Origin: Raillietiella orientalis
Taxonomy: Eukaryota
NCBI GenBank assembly: GCA_036172245.1
Contig: JAYWIR010000056.1
Coordinates: forward strand, 496,001-560,000
Direction: 5' to 3'
Length of the DNA stretch: 64,000 bases
In this document: in pieces, positions 48,447 through 61,342 of the stretch
How positions within the stretch are numbered: position 1 is the first letter of the stretch
Layout of the letters: every line of letters begins with the position of its first letter
Program-made: the position numbers and the translations under genes
The notes under the pieces: model-generated
What the model saw: only the letters and a program-made list of their open reading frames with translations
What the model was told of the DNA's origin: nothing
The model's database searches: none

Positions 48447-51400
48447 ATGTCTAAGCAAAACCATACGGTCCAGTATTCCGACCCTCGAGATCTGGGGACA
48501 ACGGTCGAAAACAGATCTGTGTCCTCCAATTATGTCGGAGTGCAAAGCAAAAGCGAAAAGAAACACCGCAAAAAGAAGAGACGCCAGCTGTCAGATGCAG
48601 AGCGCTCGCAATACCTATCCGCTAAGGCTGCTATGGAAGAAGAATTCAACATAAAAAAAATGTACATAGTGAAGGCCTTCCTGATGGTGAGTGCAGAGCG
48701 CAGGGGTCACTCTTGACCCTCCATTTCGCACCGGTTTCCACTGTAACCCGATATGAATGCAGTTTCCAGTTGACGAAAGAATCGTTGACCTGTAATTTCG
48801 ACTAGCCAGTCCCACAATCCTCCGATCTCGCCTTCCCGGACGGCCCTCTGTTCCGTCATTTCACACCTCTCATCACACAAACTTCCCCCTATTTATGGAC
48901 CGCGTCCAAACCCTCGCAGCTTCGGGAACGGACAACGTGCCTGATACACGAAGCCAAGTTGCACGCTCAAAGTTGCGTAAAGGGAGTGGTTGTACGGAAC
49001 TGGCTCCAGCCGCCTGTGTTGCCAGCTTTCCCTCTCGAGGCGCTGGTCATCTCCGCGCGTTCCCAACGCTCCCTTCCGCTGTTGGCGAAATGGACATGAT
49101 CCCACGCCTCCTTCTTACACCGGAACTTCTCAGATTCTTTCTTACAGTGTAGGTTTCTAGGAAACAGTAAATTTGGATGTTTGTCGGGTCACGCCTCGCT
49201 GCAAGTCTTCGGGTCACCAGTCTTCGTCTCGCTGTCACAGCCGCCCCTCTTGCGTAGAACAAAGACTGCAGCAGAGAGCACCGTAAGCACTGTTAATGTG
49301 TCTGGCAGGCCAAATCATCGTCCTCATTCTGATCTCTCTGTTGCTGTACCAATATCTTTCCTCCTATCCAGAAACCCCTCCTATCATCAGATACGCAAAG
49401 AGCCGCCCTCCGCCACAGCACAAGCGCAAAACTCGATTGACGAGTTGAGAATTCTGCTCTATTAGAATTTATTGTTGTCGTTTGTTGTTTCAAAAAAATA
49501 AAAAAAAAAGACACGGAAAGTCCGGAAGCGAGTTAAAAGAGGATGGGGGAGGGGCGCATTGGAATCAAGCTGAAGATGTATGCTAAAGAGCACGAAACAT
49601 CCTCCCCGGTGCAGGACAAACTGGCCCACGAAGAGAAATTCACTCGAACAAACAGGCTCAAACTGGAAGTGTCTTATCGGAAGTTTCTGAGAGAGAAAAA
49701 GTGCCAAAAGATCCGGCAAGAGGTGGAAACGCTGCGAAGGCGCTTTGATGACGTGGTAGAAAGGAAAAACAGCTTCATCAGCACTCTCCGAAAGGAGCTG
49801 GAGGAGGCTGAAGAGCAGCGCTATTTCATATTCAGGATGCACATGGACCAAGTAAACCAGTTCATAGGTGAGACCACGATTTGTTGAATCTGACCTGGCT
49901 TTTGATTGCTGCAATTCATTTGTCTTCCCGCCTTGTCAAATATCTTGGCGCAGAGCGCGCGCGTCTTCCGCTTTTTGCTATCCCACCAACCCTTTAGAGA
50001 CCCTCTAGCGATGATATCCCGCTAAACGTGGGGTTTAAATGACTTCCGGAGCTCCGTCATCCTCAAAGATGCAGTGAATTTTCGACCGTTCCTGACAGAA
50101 CCGTCGATATTTCATGGGCGTCCTCTTTTTGGCTCTTGGACCACCACTCTGCACGTTCTCCAGCTCCAGTTCCATGCGTTCGGAATGTCAGCATTTCGAG
50201 TTCGAACATGCTTGTTCTCGAGAAAGTTCTAAGGGATGATGAATGGGGGATTGGGAAAGGAGTGGGCGAACGAGTCCAGTCTCTGGAGCACGCTCCACCC
50301 TTGGAGTTTTGGGAGGCGGGTTAGTTCCATCGCATCGAGCTTCCGGGAAGCGTTGACCAACCCTTCCGATGACACCGCTGTGTGCTTAAGAGATGGGGTA
50401 AAAGAAGCTTCGTGACGGAGATTTCATTCCCCGAGGCATCACACAGGAATGCGGATTTGCGTGGCACGTTCTCGATTCTGGAAGCGTGCGCAGATTAGTC
50501 CGAGGATTGCTAAAACGGAATTCCCCACCTGCACACGTGATCGGTAACGATGACAACTTGCCTGTGATGGCGAGATGGTGGTGGCGGCGCTCACGTTTCG
50601 ATGTTTCCCTGGGAGGTGCGGGAAAATCCTATCGGGAACCTTTTTCCCTCTTTGCGCCTGCGAGCTCGGGGCGAAGTTCCGAAGCGCCAGGCGCCGAGAA
50701 GAGTTTCAGTCGCCTCACGAGGACCTCTGTTTTGCAGAGACGCAAACAGATCATCTGCGTGCCCTGGAAGCGGAATACGTAAAGAAGAAGGACCGAATAC
50801 TCGAACAGTTTTACTCAACCAGGGAGCGTGTCATGAGCAAACACAAAGAGGATCTCGAAGACCTTCAGAGAATCATGCTTCTGTCTAAAAACCATCACGA
50901 GTCGAAGGTGAACAGAATTTGCACGAGTTATGAGATCCGCAGCGAGGAAATAAAGAACAAGGTTCGTTATAGGGAAGAAACCATTCCTCAGAAAATCCTG
51001 GTTCCTGCAGTATTTCGAAGATAAGCAATCTCTTCATGTTCAAGTAGATAGCATAGTCGACAACCTTTGGGGACAGTTCCAACAAGCCGTGTCATTCTAC
51101 AAAAGTCAGACATCAGAGCTCAAAGTGGCATACGAAGATCTTCGACAGAAAGATGAGAAGGATGCGAAAATTATCAAGCAGCAAATGAGAAGCTTAAATA
51201 AGCTCAATGTAAATAACTTTACCTGTTACGGTTATTGTGATTACAGACTCCCCCCCCACCCTCCTTTTCTTTCTGACATTTTCGCAGGAAAGGGCAATGA
51301 AGCTGCGCTACAAACTTCAGGAGGTGATTACTCAAAAGCAAGAGGTTAAGAAGAAGCTTTGCACGGAAAAGGAACTGCTTGCACGGCAGCTATCGGCAGC

Positions 51401-54389
51401 AAAATCGCAGCTAAAGAAACGCCACTCTGAACGCGAAGAATACATGAAGAAACTTTCCTTGAACGGCTACACGATCAGGCAGGTAGGCAATCAAAATCGA
51501 GAAGGTCGATGATTCTTTTGGTAATGAAATGAAGTGCTCGTTATGGAGTGCATGAGAGCTTTGTTTCCTCTATACAGCATCCTTTAGCTTTGGTTTCTAG
51601 TTAGAGTACTCTGCTGCCTATCTTTGGCCGATGGGACTGCATCGAGGTGTTTCAAGTTCCTTCGCAGAGAGAGGAACCTTTTCATTAGGAAAAGCGTGTC
51701 ACCGGAGCTTGTCACTTTGCATGATTCCCTTAGCGACAGTGCATTGGAAATACGGAAAGAACCGTGGGGTGAAAAAATCCCGGGAAACCAGCAGGACGAA
51801 CGCCTTGCGAATTTTCTTTTCCAAACTGTGTTTTTCTCGCTGTTTTGTTTCCTTCGCACAAGAATGGTGATAGTTGGTAAGAAATTCGCGTGGCAAAATG
51901 TGGCATGCAAAACCAGGCAGAGACCACATCATCCATGGATGTAGCCTTCATATCTCGTCTCAGGCTTAGCCCCCGAACGAACCGAAGCTTCTGTGACGCA
52001 CTCCTTCAAGTTCTTTCGAACATGGATTTCTATCTCAACATCTGGACGAACTCCGCTTGGTTCTTGGGTTTTCAATTGCTGGCTCCATCATTGGAAGCAG
52101 CTGAAGCAGGAAGAGTGAGTGCATCTGTAGATGTTTTTCCGGTTCTTGACGTGCACCCTGGACTGCCGTAATCAGAATGCTGCAGTGCTCTCATCAACTT
52201 GCCAATGATGTGGTTTGCGGTTACCTCTTCTCACCAAGTTCTTCGGTTCTGCAGTGTAACCCAGTCACAATCCCTTAGTGTTGATGTGTGGGGAACCTCG
52301 TGCTCCGTGGGAATCTCCGGAATCGGCCCTTCCGGTCGCCTTATAAGTCTGCCAATCTAAAAGAGCAGGAAAAAAAAACTTACAACGACCTCAGACTGTC
52401 TGATCGTTTGGATTGCCAAGCCAATTTATTTGCAATGAAGAAATGGAGTTTGAACATGACAAACCAAATAGCTTTCGTTTCACTTTGGAGGACTGTTTAT
52501 CTACCAGAGGACGAATCATTTACTTGGAATTTTTCACTCCAGAATTTCGCAAAGCACTTGTCTTCGAGTTGGTTTCCATGAACTTTTGGGGATGTGATCT
52601 TGTTCCTTTGGTTAGCCTATCCGAAAGGCTGGGCCTTCGTTTGAATGCTTCCTGAATCCGTGGACTGTTGTTTTAAAAGACAGGGAGCACGGGTGACTAG
52701 TTGTCCACGAGAAAACTGAGAGTGGGCAACCATGGACTGCCAGCTCGTTCTAACCAAAGTCCTCCGGGGGCACCTTCCAGCCGGAGCACAGTGCTTTGGT
52801 GGATTCTTCTTCCTTTCCCCGAATGCAGACGGTCAACAAAGCGATGCAGTTTAGAGAGACGTTGCCAGTCTCTTGGCTGCGATCAGGTCAAAGTTTAGCG
52901 AGAGGTGAAACCAATGAAATGTTCTGTCTTTGTGCCTTCATTTCGACACGCCAGCTGTTTGCAGATTTGAGAAGCGCTTGCAGTGACGACTGGAACTCAG
53001 GATTGCTTCTTTTTTTTCCACAGGAGAGCATATCAGAAAAGCAAGTTTCGGTGCCTAGCACTGAATAACTACTGACCGTCATTGCGTTGGAAAGTTACGC
53101 CGGTGGCCAGAAGTCTTTTCGAATAAGTGACTGCCTTAAAATCACAACACTTGCTGGTCAAGTCAATATCGGAGTTAATACAGTTACACAATACAGGAGT
53201 TGATATATAACATAGGAGTTTCGAGCAAATCAGGGTGCTTTTGTTTATAGTTTATCGGTTTATTTAACCTGAGCACTCTTCCTGATATTTTTCAAGTGGT
53301 TTTTTCCATTTGCAAATAAGATGACTGGCATCAGATGAAAGAGTTGGCTCCGAACATGTTAAAGGAAGAATGCTGACTGGGTGAATGGAATTTGCAAAGC
53401 GGCAGAGAGAAGCAATCGAAATTCCTTGAGGCAGGTTCAGCAAGGGAAGGAAAGTCGGATTTATAAAAAGGCTTCTTGAATTCAGAAATCAAAGTCCCTT
53501 TGAAATCAGAATTTAGCAAGCGAAAAGAAAGCTTAGAAGGAATCTAGTTTTCCTGCGTTCCTCTTCACGCAAGAAGAAACCGAAAAGCCGTTCCTTCTTA
53601 AACAGCAAGTAAGAAAAAAAAAGAAAACCCTTGATCTCAGCATGGCTGACCTGAGATCCCTTCTCGCTTGCAAGCATTCGAGGTGCAAAATTCGTAGCGA
53701 TTTCGCTTTCACCCTGTCCATTCGGAAGGATAGAAAACTAAAAGTCGTCATGATGACAAGATCTGAGCATCAGCTTATGAGAATTTGCTCTCAAACGCAG
53801 ATACCCACCATCCAGCGACTGCGGGCAGGGATCTCAGTGTACATTCCTGTGATGACGTGTCATTTCCCGTTTCAATGAACTTCGCCAATCTGGTTGGATG
53901 AGGGCTACATTTTTTAAACGGACAGTTTTTCCTTTCTTTCCAGGAGCTGGAGATGATACAGGGGAAACTCTGCCGAATTCTTAAGCTGAAAAACGCATGC
54001 TCTAAATTGGAAATGAAACACGAAAAAGTTCTTCCTTTTCCAGTTGAATACGCTTTAAGCAGGGCAGAAGCTGAGACAGTTGCAGAGAAAACCAAAGAGG
54101 AATTCAGTCAATTGGTAAAGTCATCGTACTAAGCCCATCTAAAGCATCGTTTCAGGGAGTTCCAGGACATGTACATATGGAGAGATTTTGGAGAAGATAC
54201 AATACAGTGCTCATGGAAACCACAGTTCTAAGTGTCGAGAAAGAACTGCTCCTCCGGGAAAACGCAAAATTGCGAAAACTACTATCTGATTATCTGTGCA
54301 AAATAGGCAAAAATGGACAGATGATTTATTACCAAGCGTGCACAAAAACAGAGCATGTTCTTCGGAACACCTTCAGGGACAGAAGGTGA
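48447..54389 (+). CDS. CCDC65: Dynein regulatory complex subunit 2 (CCDC65/DRC2), about 504 aa, 7 exons
   Basis: Exons 48447-48686, 49615-49867, 50738-50961, 51011-51208, 51288-51482, 53944-54114, 54156-54389 are all GT-AG and in phase. Peptides match recalled CCDC65 motifs: FLM|DKLAHEE, ELEEAEEQ, LRQKDEKDAK, ILKLKNACSKLEMKHEKVLPF, MERFWRRYNTV, ENAKLRKLLSDYL. Confidence 0.92.
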
Positions 54390-56940
54390 CTTGTATGCCA
54401 AAAGCGCACCCAATCCCAATCACAAAAGCCTTGTGTCTCGGATTTATTAATACCAGGGTCACCGATCGTGACATTCCATGATTAAATGATAATCCCTCGC
54501 AAGTGTTCAAAAGTATTTCAACACTGTGTTACATAAGTGCTCAAGAGAAATCAAAGCACGGTTTCCGGTTTAAGTAACCGCGCATCTAGGAGCAGTACTA
54601 TTACAAAGCATAGATACAAAAAAAGAAAAACAGAATTTCAGGAAGGACATTTTGCAAGTCACTTTCTGATGCCCCTTCACAATCAAAGTTCCACTCAAAT
54701 CTCCTAATGGTCTCTTTGAGATCGCTGCCACCTGCTGATCCGAGCCATCCGATCACGTGGATGCACGGCGTGCATCGCAGAAGAAATTCAAAAAATTGGG
54801 AAACATTTCCATAGAAGACGTCGAAAAAGAGTGGGAAAAAAAGTTAAACCCCACTCAAACGCAAGAACAGTGTCTTACAGACTAAGGGTATCTCTGGATG
54901 TTTACCCAATGAGATCGCTCAATAAATGTTAGGAAACGTCCAAATGTCCCAACGCACGAAAGTGTGTATTTGAGACCGAATCTCAGTTGCCCAACTCTAT
55001 CGTTGCACAATTAGATAATGAACGATCGTGTGTTTCTAATCGTATTTTTCGTATACATCCGGTTGTCTACAAACGCACGCCGCATTTGCTTACTTTTCAC
55101 ATTCGGATACTTTGCCTGTCTATGGCCATTAGTGACCACTATAGGCATTGATGTTACCAGACCGACAGCTGACACACAATGAGGCACGAGAGGCTGAGGG
55201 CCGAATATAATGAAAGCGTTGGCCAAGCCATCTGGCGCGACCTACAAGCCAGATTGATCAACCTAATTACCCGGCCTTTCAGGAAGTCACCTTTCTTGAA
55301 GACGTTTTCCCCAAATTCTCCTTTTTCCTAGAGAAGACAGGAACTGCTCGAAGCAGTCGCCGGAAGAATGAGGGCTCCTGCAGAGAGAATCAGATATCTC
55401 TACTTCCAAAGCTCAACCGTTTGGCAAATCTGGCCGACACCTATACTAAGGTACCGTCAATCGGTATCCGACCAGAAATACAGATCTAATTTTGGTAGTA
55501 GAACATGTTCCACTATCGGATGGTGGACTCGCAAAAGCTATAAAGCTGCACATCGGCACATAAGCCCTCCCAGCAAAGAGCAACTCGGATCAAATCAGGG
55601 GATTCCGCACTGTGTGAACGGTAGTGGCACTCATTATGGAGAAGCTTAACAGAGAGAAGTTCCAGCTCCAGGTGCATGCTCTCGCTGTGCTTTTCCTCTA
55701 GTAAAACATTCCAGAAAAAGCTGCAATCACGATCAACTACGCTGCTGACTGTCCAACCGCCACTAGAAATCACCTGACCTGCGTACGGGCGCAAAAGAGA
55801 AGGAAAAAGGAATGCAAAGACACTACCACCCATGCTAAAATCTTCAGAGGCCATAATGAACGATTTTTAAATGGATGGGAATTAATAAAGGCTCCATCCG
55901 CACATTGTGAGGACAGGGATGCTCATCACATTATCCTGTGCTCCCACTTGTACTCCGCTTGCATTGCAAACATCTTACGATCAGCAGGACAAACCCCCTT
56001 GTGTTCCAGAAAGACGACGGAATTTTTAAACGAAGTCTTTTTGCTCAACTTTTAATTTGTAGAATTCCCTTTTCATTTTCGGTAAGCACTGACTACACGA
56101 GAATTAGCTACCTTCGATGTTCATGAGACTTGCTCAACACTTTCTTCTTTTTCAATTTAAACACAGAATCGTACTTCGTTTTAAATTAAGCTACATATCC
56201 CAGGAATCAGTGATGATAATTGCATTAATGATGAAGTGCACTTGAAGGTTAAAGAACACACTTCGACCTCGAGAAGGTATCAGCTTTCTGATTTTTAAAG
56301 AAAGCAAAAAAGTCTAGAATATTCTACTTGTCCGCTTGGACCCTTTCCAAGGAGTTGAAGCTTCTGAAATCAAATAACAAAAAGGGCGAATCCAATGTTT
56401 TAATTCAAGTTAGATTCTCAAATTACTGAACGTTTCAGTCATGCAGGGTTGCCATCTCAAAAACCAGACATCATTCGTTCGAAACTAAACAAATGAAATC
56501 ATCTTGGAATTCGCGTCCACGATGTACATGTAATCGAGTCGAATCCATTTATGCTAGTGACCTCATAACTCACACACACACATAATGTGTGTGTGTATAC
56601 ACTTCATTAACTTGAAATTGCAGAGCACTTCTCATTCCTCATCATTCTGGAAATGAGTGCATTCACATGTAACATTTTCTGAACAGCTGATATTCCTTTT
56701 GAATATCCGCTCAAAATGTTCCAAAACATCATTTCGTGAGCTTTTCCTCAAAGTATGCAAAGGCTCCCCATAGAAAATGGAAAGGTGTACCATGGTGTAC
56801 CATGAGGATGGCACGAGAAATGAATACGCAAAAGCTGCATTCCAGAATTCTTCCCGAAGAGTCGGGCGGGTGCTCGCACTGTGCACACGACAGCACACTA
56901 ACGTGCGCGGCAATACCGCTAAACCAGGAGGACGGGAGAC

Positions 56941-59900
56941 CTAAGATTTCGAAAGCAAACGCCGCTCCAGACCGAAATTACAACGAGATCTCATTGCGGC
57001 AAGAAATTCCTGCTTACTGAGATGCTCGTCACCTGCTTGATTCGTCAGGATGGGCACCTAATCACACGTCTTACCATCGTAATCAAAGAGAGCGTAGATC
57101 ACGTCCAGGACGGAAGAAGAGACACCGATCCCGGTCACCGCCTTGGCCAAATGGGCAAACTCATCTGCAGTACTTCGAAGTGAAAGCGACGGGAATCGAC
57201 TCACCTTTGGACAACAGATCTCCGCTATACCCAAACGCCTCCTGTATTTCATCGATGTGAGCAAGAAATGAAAAAAATTTCAAGAAATCTTCTTTGCCAA
57301 TGGGAGCAAGGTGATCTCCCAGACGAGAACGCCTCGAGGCCACGCACGAGTGACCAGCGTAAGCAAGAAGAAGGTCGGCAAAACTTGAGGCGGAAATGAA
57401 ATCATCCGAACCTGCTCGCTTCAGCTGAAACTAAAATCAGTTTCGGCAAAATGGGGTATTCGTAAAAGCGTACTTGCAAAGTAAAAATTTCCTCCTTCAG
57501 CTTTTCCTGGAAACTAAGGAATTCGCACACATCTACCTTGCTGTTTTTGAGGGAGAATAAATGACACCGAATGGCTGAGGGAATGATGGGCTGTATGCAA
57601 CGCCTACCCCCACAGGCACTCAGGCGAGATAAAATTTGCAAAAACTCGGATTCGTCAACGTATCCGTCGTCATCCTTGTCCCAAATCCGAAAAAGAATCT
57701 CAAAACGACGCTTCGTTACTAACAGGCAAACAGAAAGTACTCTGAGAACAAAAAAGAATGGGATTTACCGGATATGATTATGAGAAGGAAAATGTACTCG
57801 GAAAAGGAAATTACGTCAAAGGAGAAAAGAAGACTCTTCGGTGCTTCCTGGTGCTTCTTCGTCCTGGTGACTTGCTCCCGGGAATCATAAGTTTGGAACT
57901 GATCCCAACGCAAACCTGGTTGCACAAAGAGCATTACCGAGAAATGGCACTGTACGGGAGGAAGGAGGCACTCATACCTTCGGGCTGCATACACCCTGGC
58001 ATAATGGATCGCAAGAAATCAGCTGGAGACATGAAGATTTCCGCCGAGCCATTCCCGAGCTTGATTTTGATGGTGGCAAAGTAGCGAAATATTTTCTCAA
58101 GGGAAGAGAAAGCCCGAAGCCGATTTTCATATTCAAGAACCTTCAAAAATCGGGAGTTTTTTTTTTTTTTCTTATAGCCGAGTTACTTTCAACTGCCACT
58201 TTAGTTGCAGTCACGATTCCCACTTTGGTCTGCCAGATGGTTTAACTTTCGGTTTCGACCCCTACACAGCACCTGACCACCCGTGTTCAACATGAAAGTC
58301 TGCTCAACACCACAGCCAACACAGTCCAAGTCAACAGTCAAAAGGTCAGAATTCCCTGGCGAATTACGTGCTGTTCCTGGCAATAAGTTCGGTTAGTTTT
58401 ACGCGGAAACTCGAATCGTCAACGGATTTGTGAATTCACTTCGATGTAATGGTCGAAGTTCTACGAGTTTACGGGAACCTAAAGATGATACCCACATGCT
58501 AAGCCATGCACTCTTATTCCCATGGGGTTCTCTCAAACTTCCCTCTCGGCAGTCACCTTGAACACTCGTTTGACTTTCCTGCTTAAGTACCACGTTCCTA
58601 TCACCCAAAACCCTTCGTTATCTTCATTTGCTGTTTTTGTGAGTAAATTTAATACTTATTTGGGCATGTTTAGGGATCCTATGGTTGCCTCTTCTTTCAC
58701 TTAGGCAACTAGAAAAAACGAGTTTGTTTTGAAGCGAGGGTTACTTAGGACACTTAACCTTAGGCATCACATGGATTTCAGTGATTCTAAGTGGCACTTC
58801 TAAATGTCACTTTATGATGCCTCGTTCACTGAAAAAAAAACTTAATGATTCTTAGACTCGTTTGCTGACGCTTCGTTTAGGCTTTCGGCCAAGTTTATGC
58901 TCAACAGGATTCAATGCTTCATTATCCGTCTTTTCTTTTTGTCATCTTAAAGAATCATTCCAAGCCATTTACCAATTACTTTTGTTACCTTGACCTTTTA
59001 GTTTATCTGAAGTTTATTTCAGGCTTTAATTCGGCTTTGATTTTTCGTTTTGAACAGAAATTCTTCCATCCTGGTAACATTTCTTTACATCTTACAAACA
59101 CACTTACATGATTTAAATACATAGCTGAATATAAGAAATATTTCATTTTAAAACGTTCACTTGTTCAAATATGTACTTGTTTCAAAATATCAAGCACTTA
59201 AAAACAACACTTCCTTTCAAAACTGAATGCAAACATTTCAAACTAACAAAATTCGTGGTATATGAATGAAGCCTACTATGAAACTTTTTCCTCCCTCTCC
59301 TTATTTTTCGTTCATAGAGATTTTTTCTTTGTAACCAAAGTACAAAAATTATCTCGGACCTCGGTCATCCAGGATTTGAAAATACTGGAGAACAACCTAA
59401 TATTTTGGATTAATTATAACATCACATGCAATCAAGTAATTTAATAACCTATTTATAATTACTTAATTCGATCACATTTTATAATGTAATTTCAAGACAT
59501 GCATGAACACTATAAACAAAACAATCTCAAAATTCAAATTATAAAGAGAAGCTTGAAAAATTCTGCAATAAGTTGCAAATGGAATATCAATATAAAAATC
59601 ATAATCAAATGTGAATGACCATGAAGGAAAAATTATTATAAAGAACAATAATTGGGCATGGTATTTAGTTCATTGGCAAGGGCAATGATGAACTACTGAA
59701 TCAAAAGATTCCAAATTGCAAAACAATATTGGTATTCAAATAATTTCAAAGAGGCACAGGTATACAAATCAACGAAATAATAATTCATAATCCTATTTAT
59801 TCATCAGTGAAGTGTTCGTTCTGCATACTATCTGTCACAGATTGGAACAATGAAAGTATTAGGGAAAACACTAATTTTGAGATAATTTGGAATATATTAT

Positions 59901-61342
59901 ACCACACACTACCAACAAACACTTCGAAAGCGTCAACAATGAGCTGAATATTTACAACTCTCTGTAAGTGATGTAATTATGAAATAAGAGTATATGAACG
60001 AGAAAACTCTTTACTTCAATCCCATTTCCTTAAACACAGATCAGTCACTTTTTAGTTTATTCTGTCACAATAAACATTATTTACACAAAAACAGTAGCTA
60101 ATTTACTTTTAAACTGCAAAGACAATTAAATGAATTTTAAAATCCCAAAGGTTTAGTGAAATACGACAAAACATCTTAAAAATCTGTTTAATGCAAAAAA
60201 TGAACATTAAGACATGGACTCTCATAAAATTGTTTGATACATACTTCCCTTCTCATCCCAATCAATAATAAGATAAACATTCATTTCTGATAATTATTTT
60301 TTCACTAAGAGAACATGAAAAATATAATTTGTGATAATTTAAGTGTGCACCACAGTGTAACTATCACACTGTTACAATGAAAATAAAAACTATGCAATTA
60401 ATAACAATAATTGCAATATCATGAGAATCAACAAATCAAGAATGTCATAATTGTAAGTTTCAGAGAACAGACTAAAAGTATTTAAAAAACCAATGCTTAG
60501 ATACATAGTGCACAGTGCCTGGATACATGACACTAGAGGGGTCATAATTTTTTAAAGACAATTTGTGTCTTATAAAAATATCTGATTAATAAGAGGCAGC
60601 TGGATAAGACTTGTTTCTTCAAAAATCCTTTAACATATCACTATTTTTCGGTTTCCTCCAAAATGAGCACTCACAAAAAATGAACAACAATCTTTAATAC
60701 TGCTTTTTTATTAATGAACATATTCTCACACTTGATAAATACTCCTGATTAGCAGAAAAACAAGCCCATTAATTTTCATACTCTATAAAGGATACTGATC
60801 ATTTATAGTCAAGAAAAAAAAAATTCCCTGACAATTCTGAGAGAATAAGAATTTAGTATCCCTATACCTTTCGTTTATGGAAGTCAATAGGTTCACTGTT
60901 CACATGAAGCATTGCACTGTGCTTGTGCAGATTTGATGAAATTTCTGATTGGGAATTTGCTCTGGGAAAGATATCCCTAAGCTGACTGAATTTTTGGTAT
61001 GCCCTAAATTTTTTAGATTGGGAATAATATTGGCACACAATATATTACTCACCGATTCCAATCTAACAGTGAACAAACCATTATGGTGAATACAACACTA
61101 AACCAAATTCCTGTAGTTAGTTTCAAAGGTTCAGGAGCATTTCCAAGTTTTGAATAACCTCCGTAATTCTTTAGATTTCTTCTTATTTGTTTCATCCATG
61201 GATTACTGCAACCATGAAGTAACTCATTTTCAGGACAAGCATCTTGCAATAATGTGACAACATGCTTTGCTCTGTAACATCTTCTATTGTAAGCACTGAG
61301 AATACATGAACTACTCGAATTAAAGATATTCCTTTTGAGCAT
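56941..61342 (-). CDS. MICU1: Mitochondrial calcium uptake protein 1 (EF-hand), about 462 aa, 8 exons; C-terminal end uncertain
   Basis: Exons 61053-61342, 60868-61003, 57978-58140, 57769-57915, 57474-57718, 57205-57430, 57075-57164, 56941-57032. The N-terminus looks like a mitochondrial presequence (MLKRNIFNSSSSCILSAYNRRCYR) and is followed by a hydrophobic segment ending LLDW. The MICU1 signature FHKRK|VLEYENRLRAFSSLEKIFRYFAT is present, with two canonical EF loops (DKDDDGYVDESE and DYDGDEHLSKQE). Confidence 0.92.

Noticed and set aside
56570..56598. (CA)n/(TG)n inverted microsatellite, plus a short palindrome at 63822-63840
   Set aside because: Short and low in complexity; no evidence of function.
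58170..58390. Proximal upstream exon for MICU1
   Set aside because: The phase-compatible frame contains a TGA, and the true upstream exons fit at 60868-61342.
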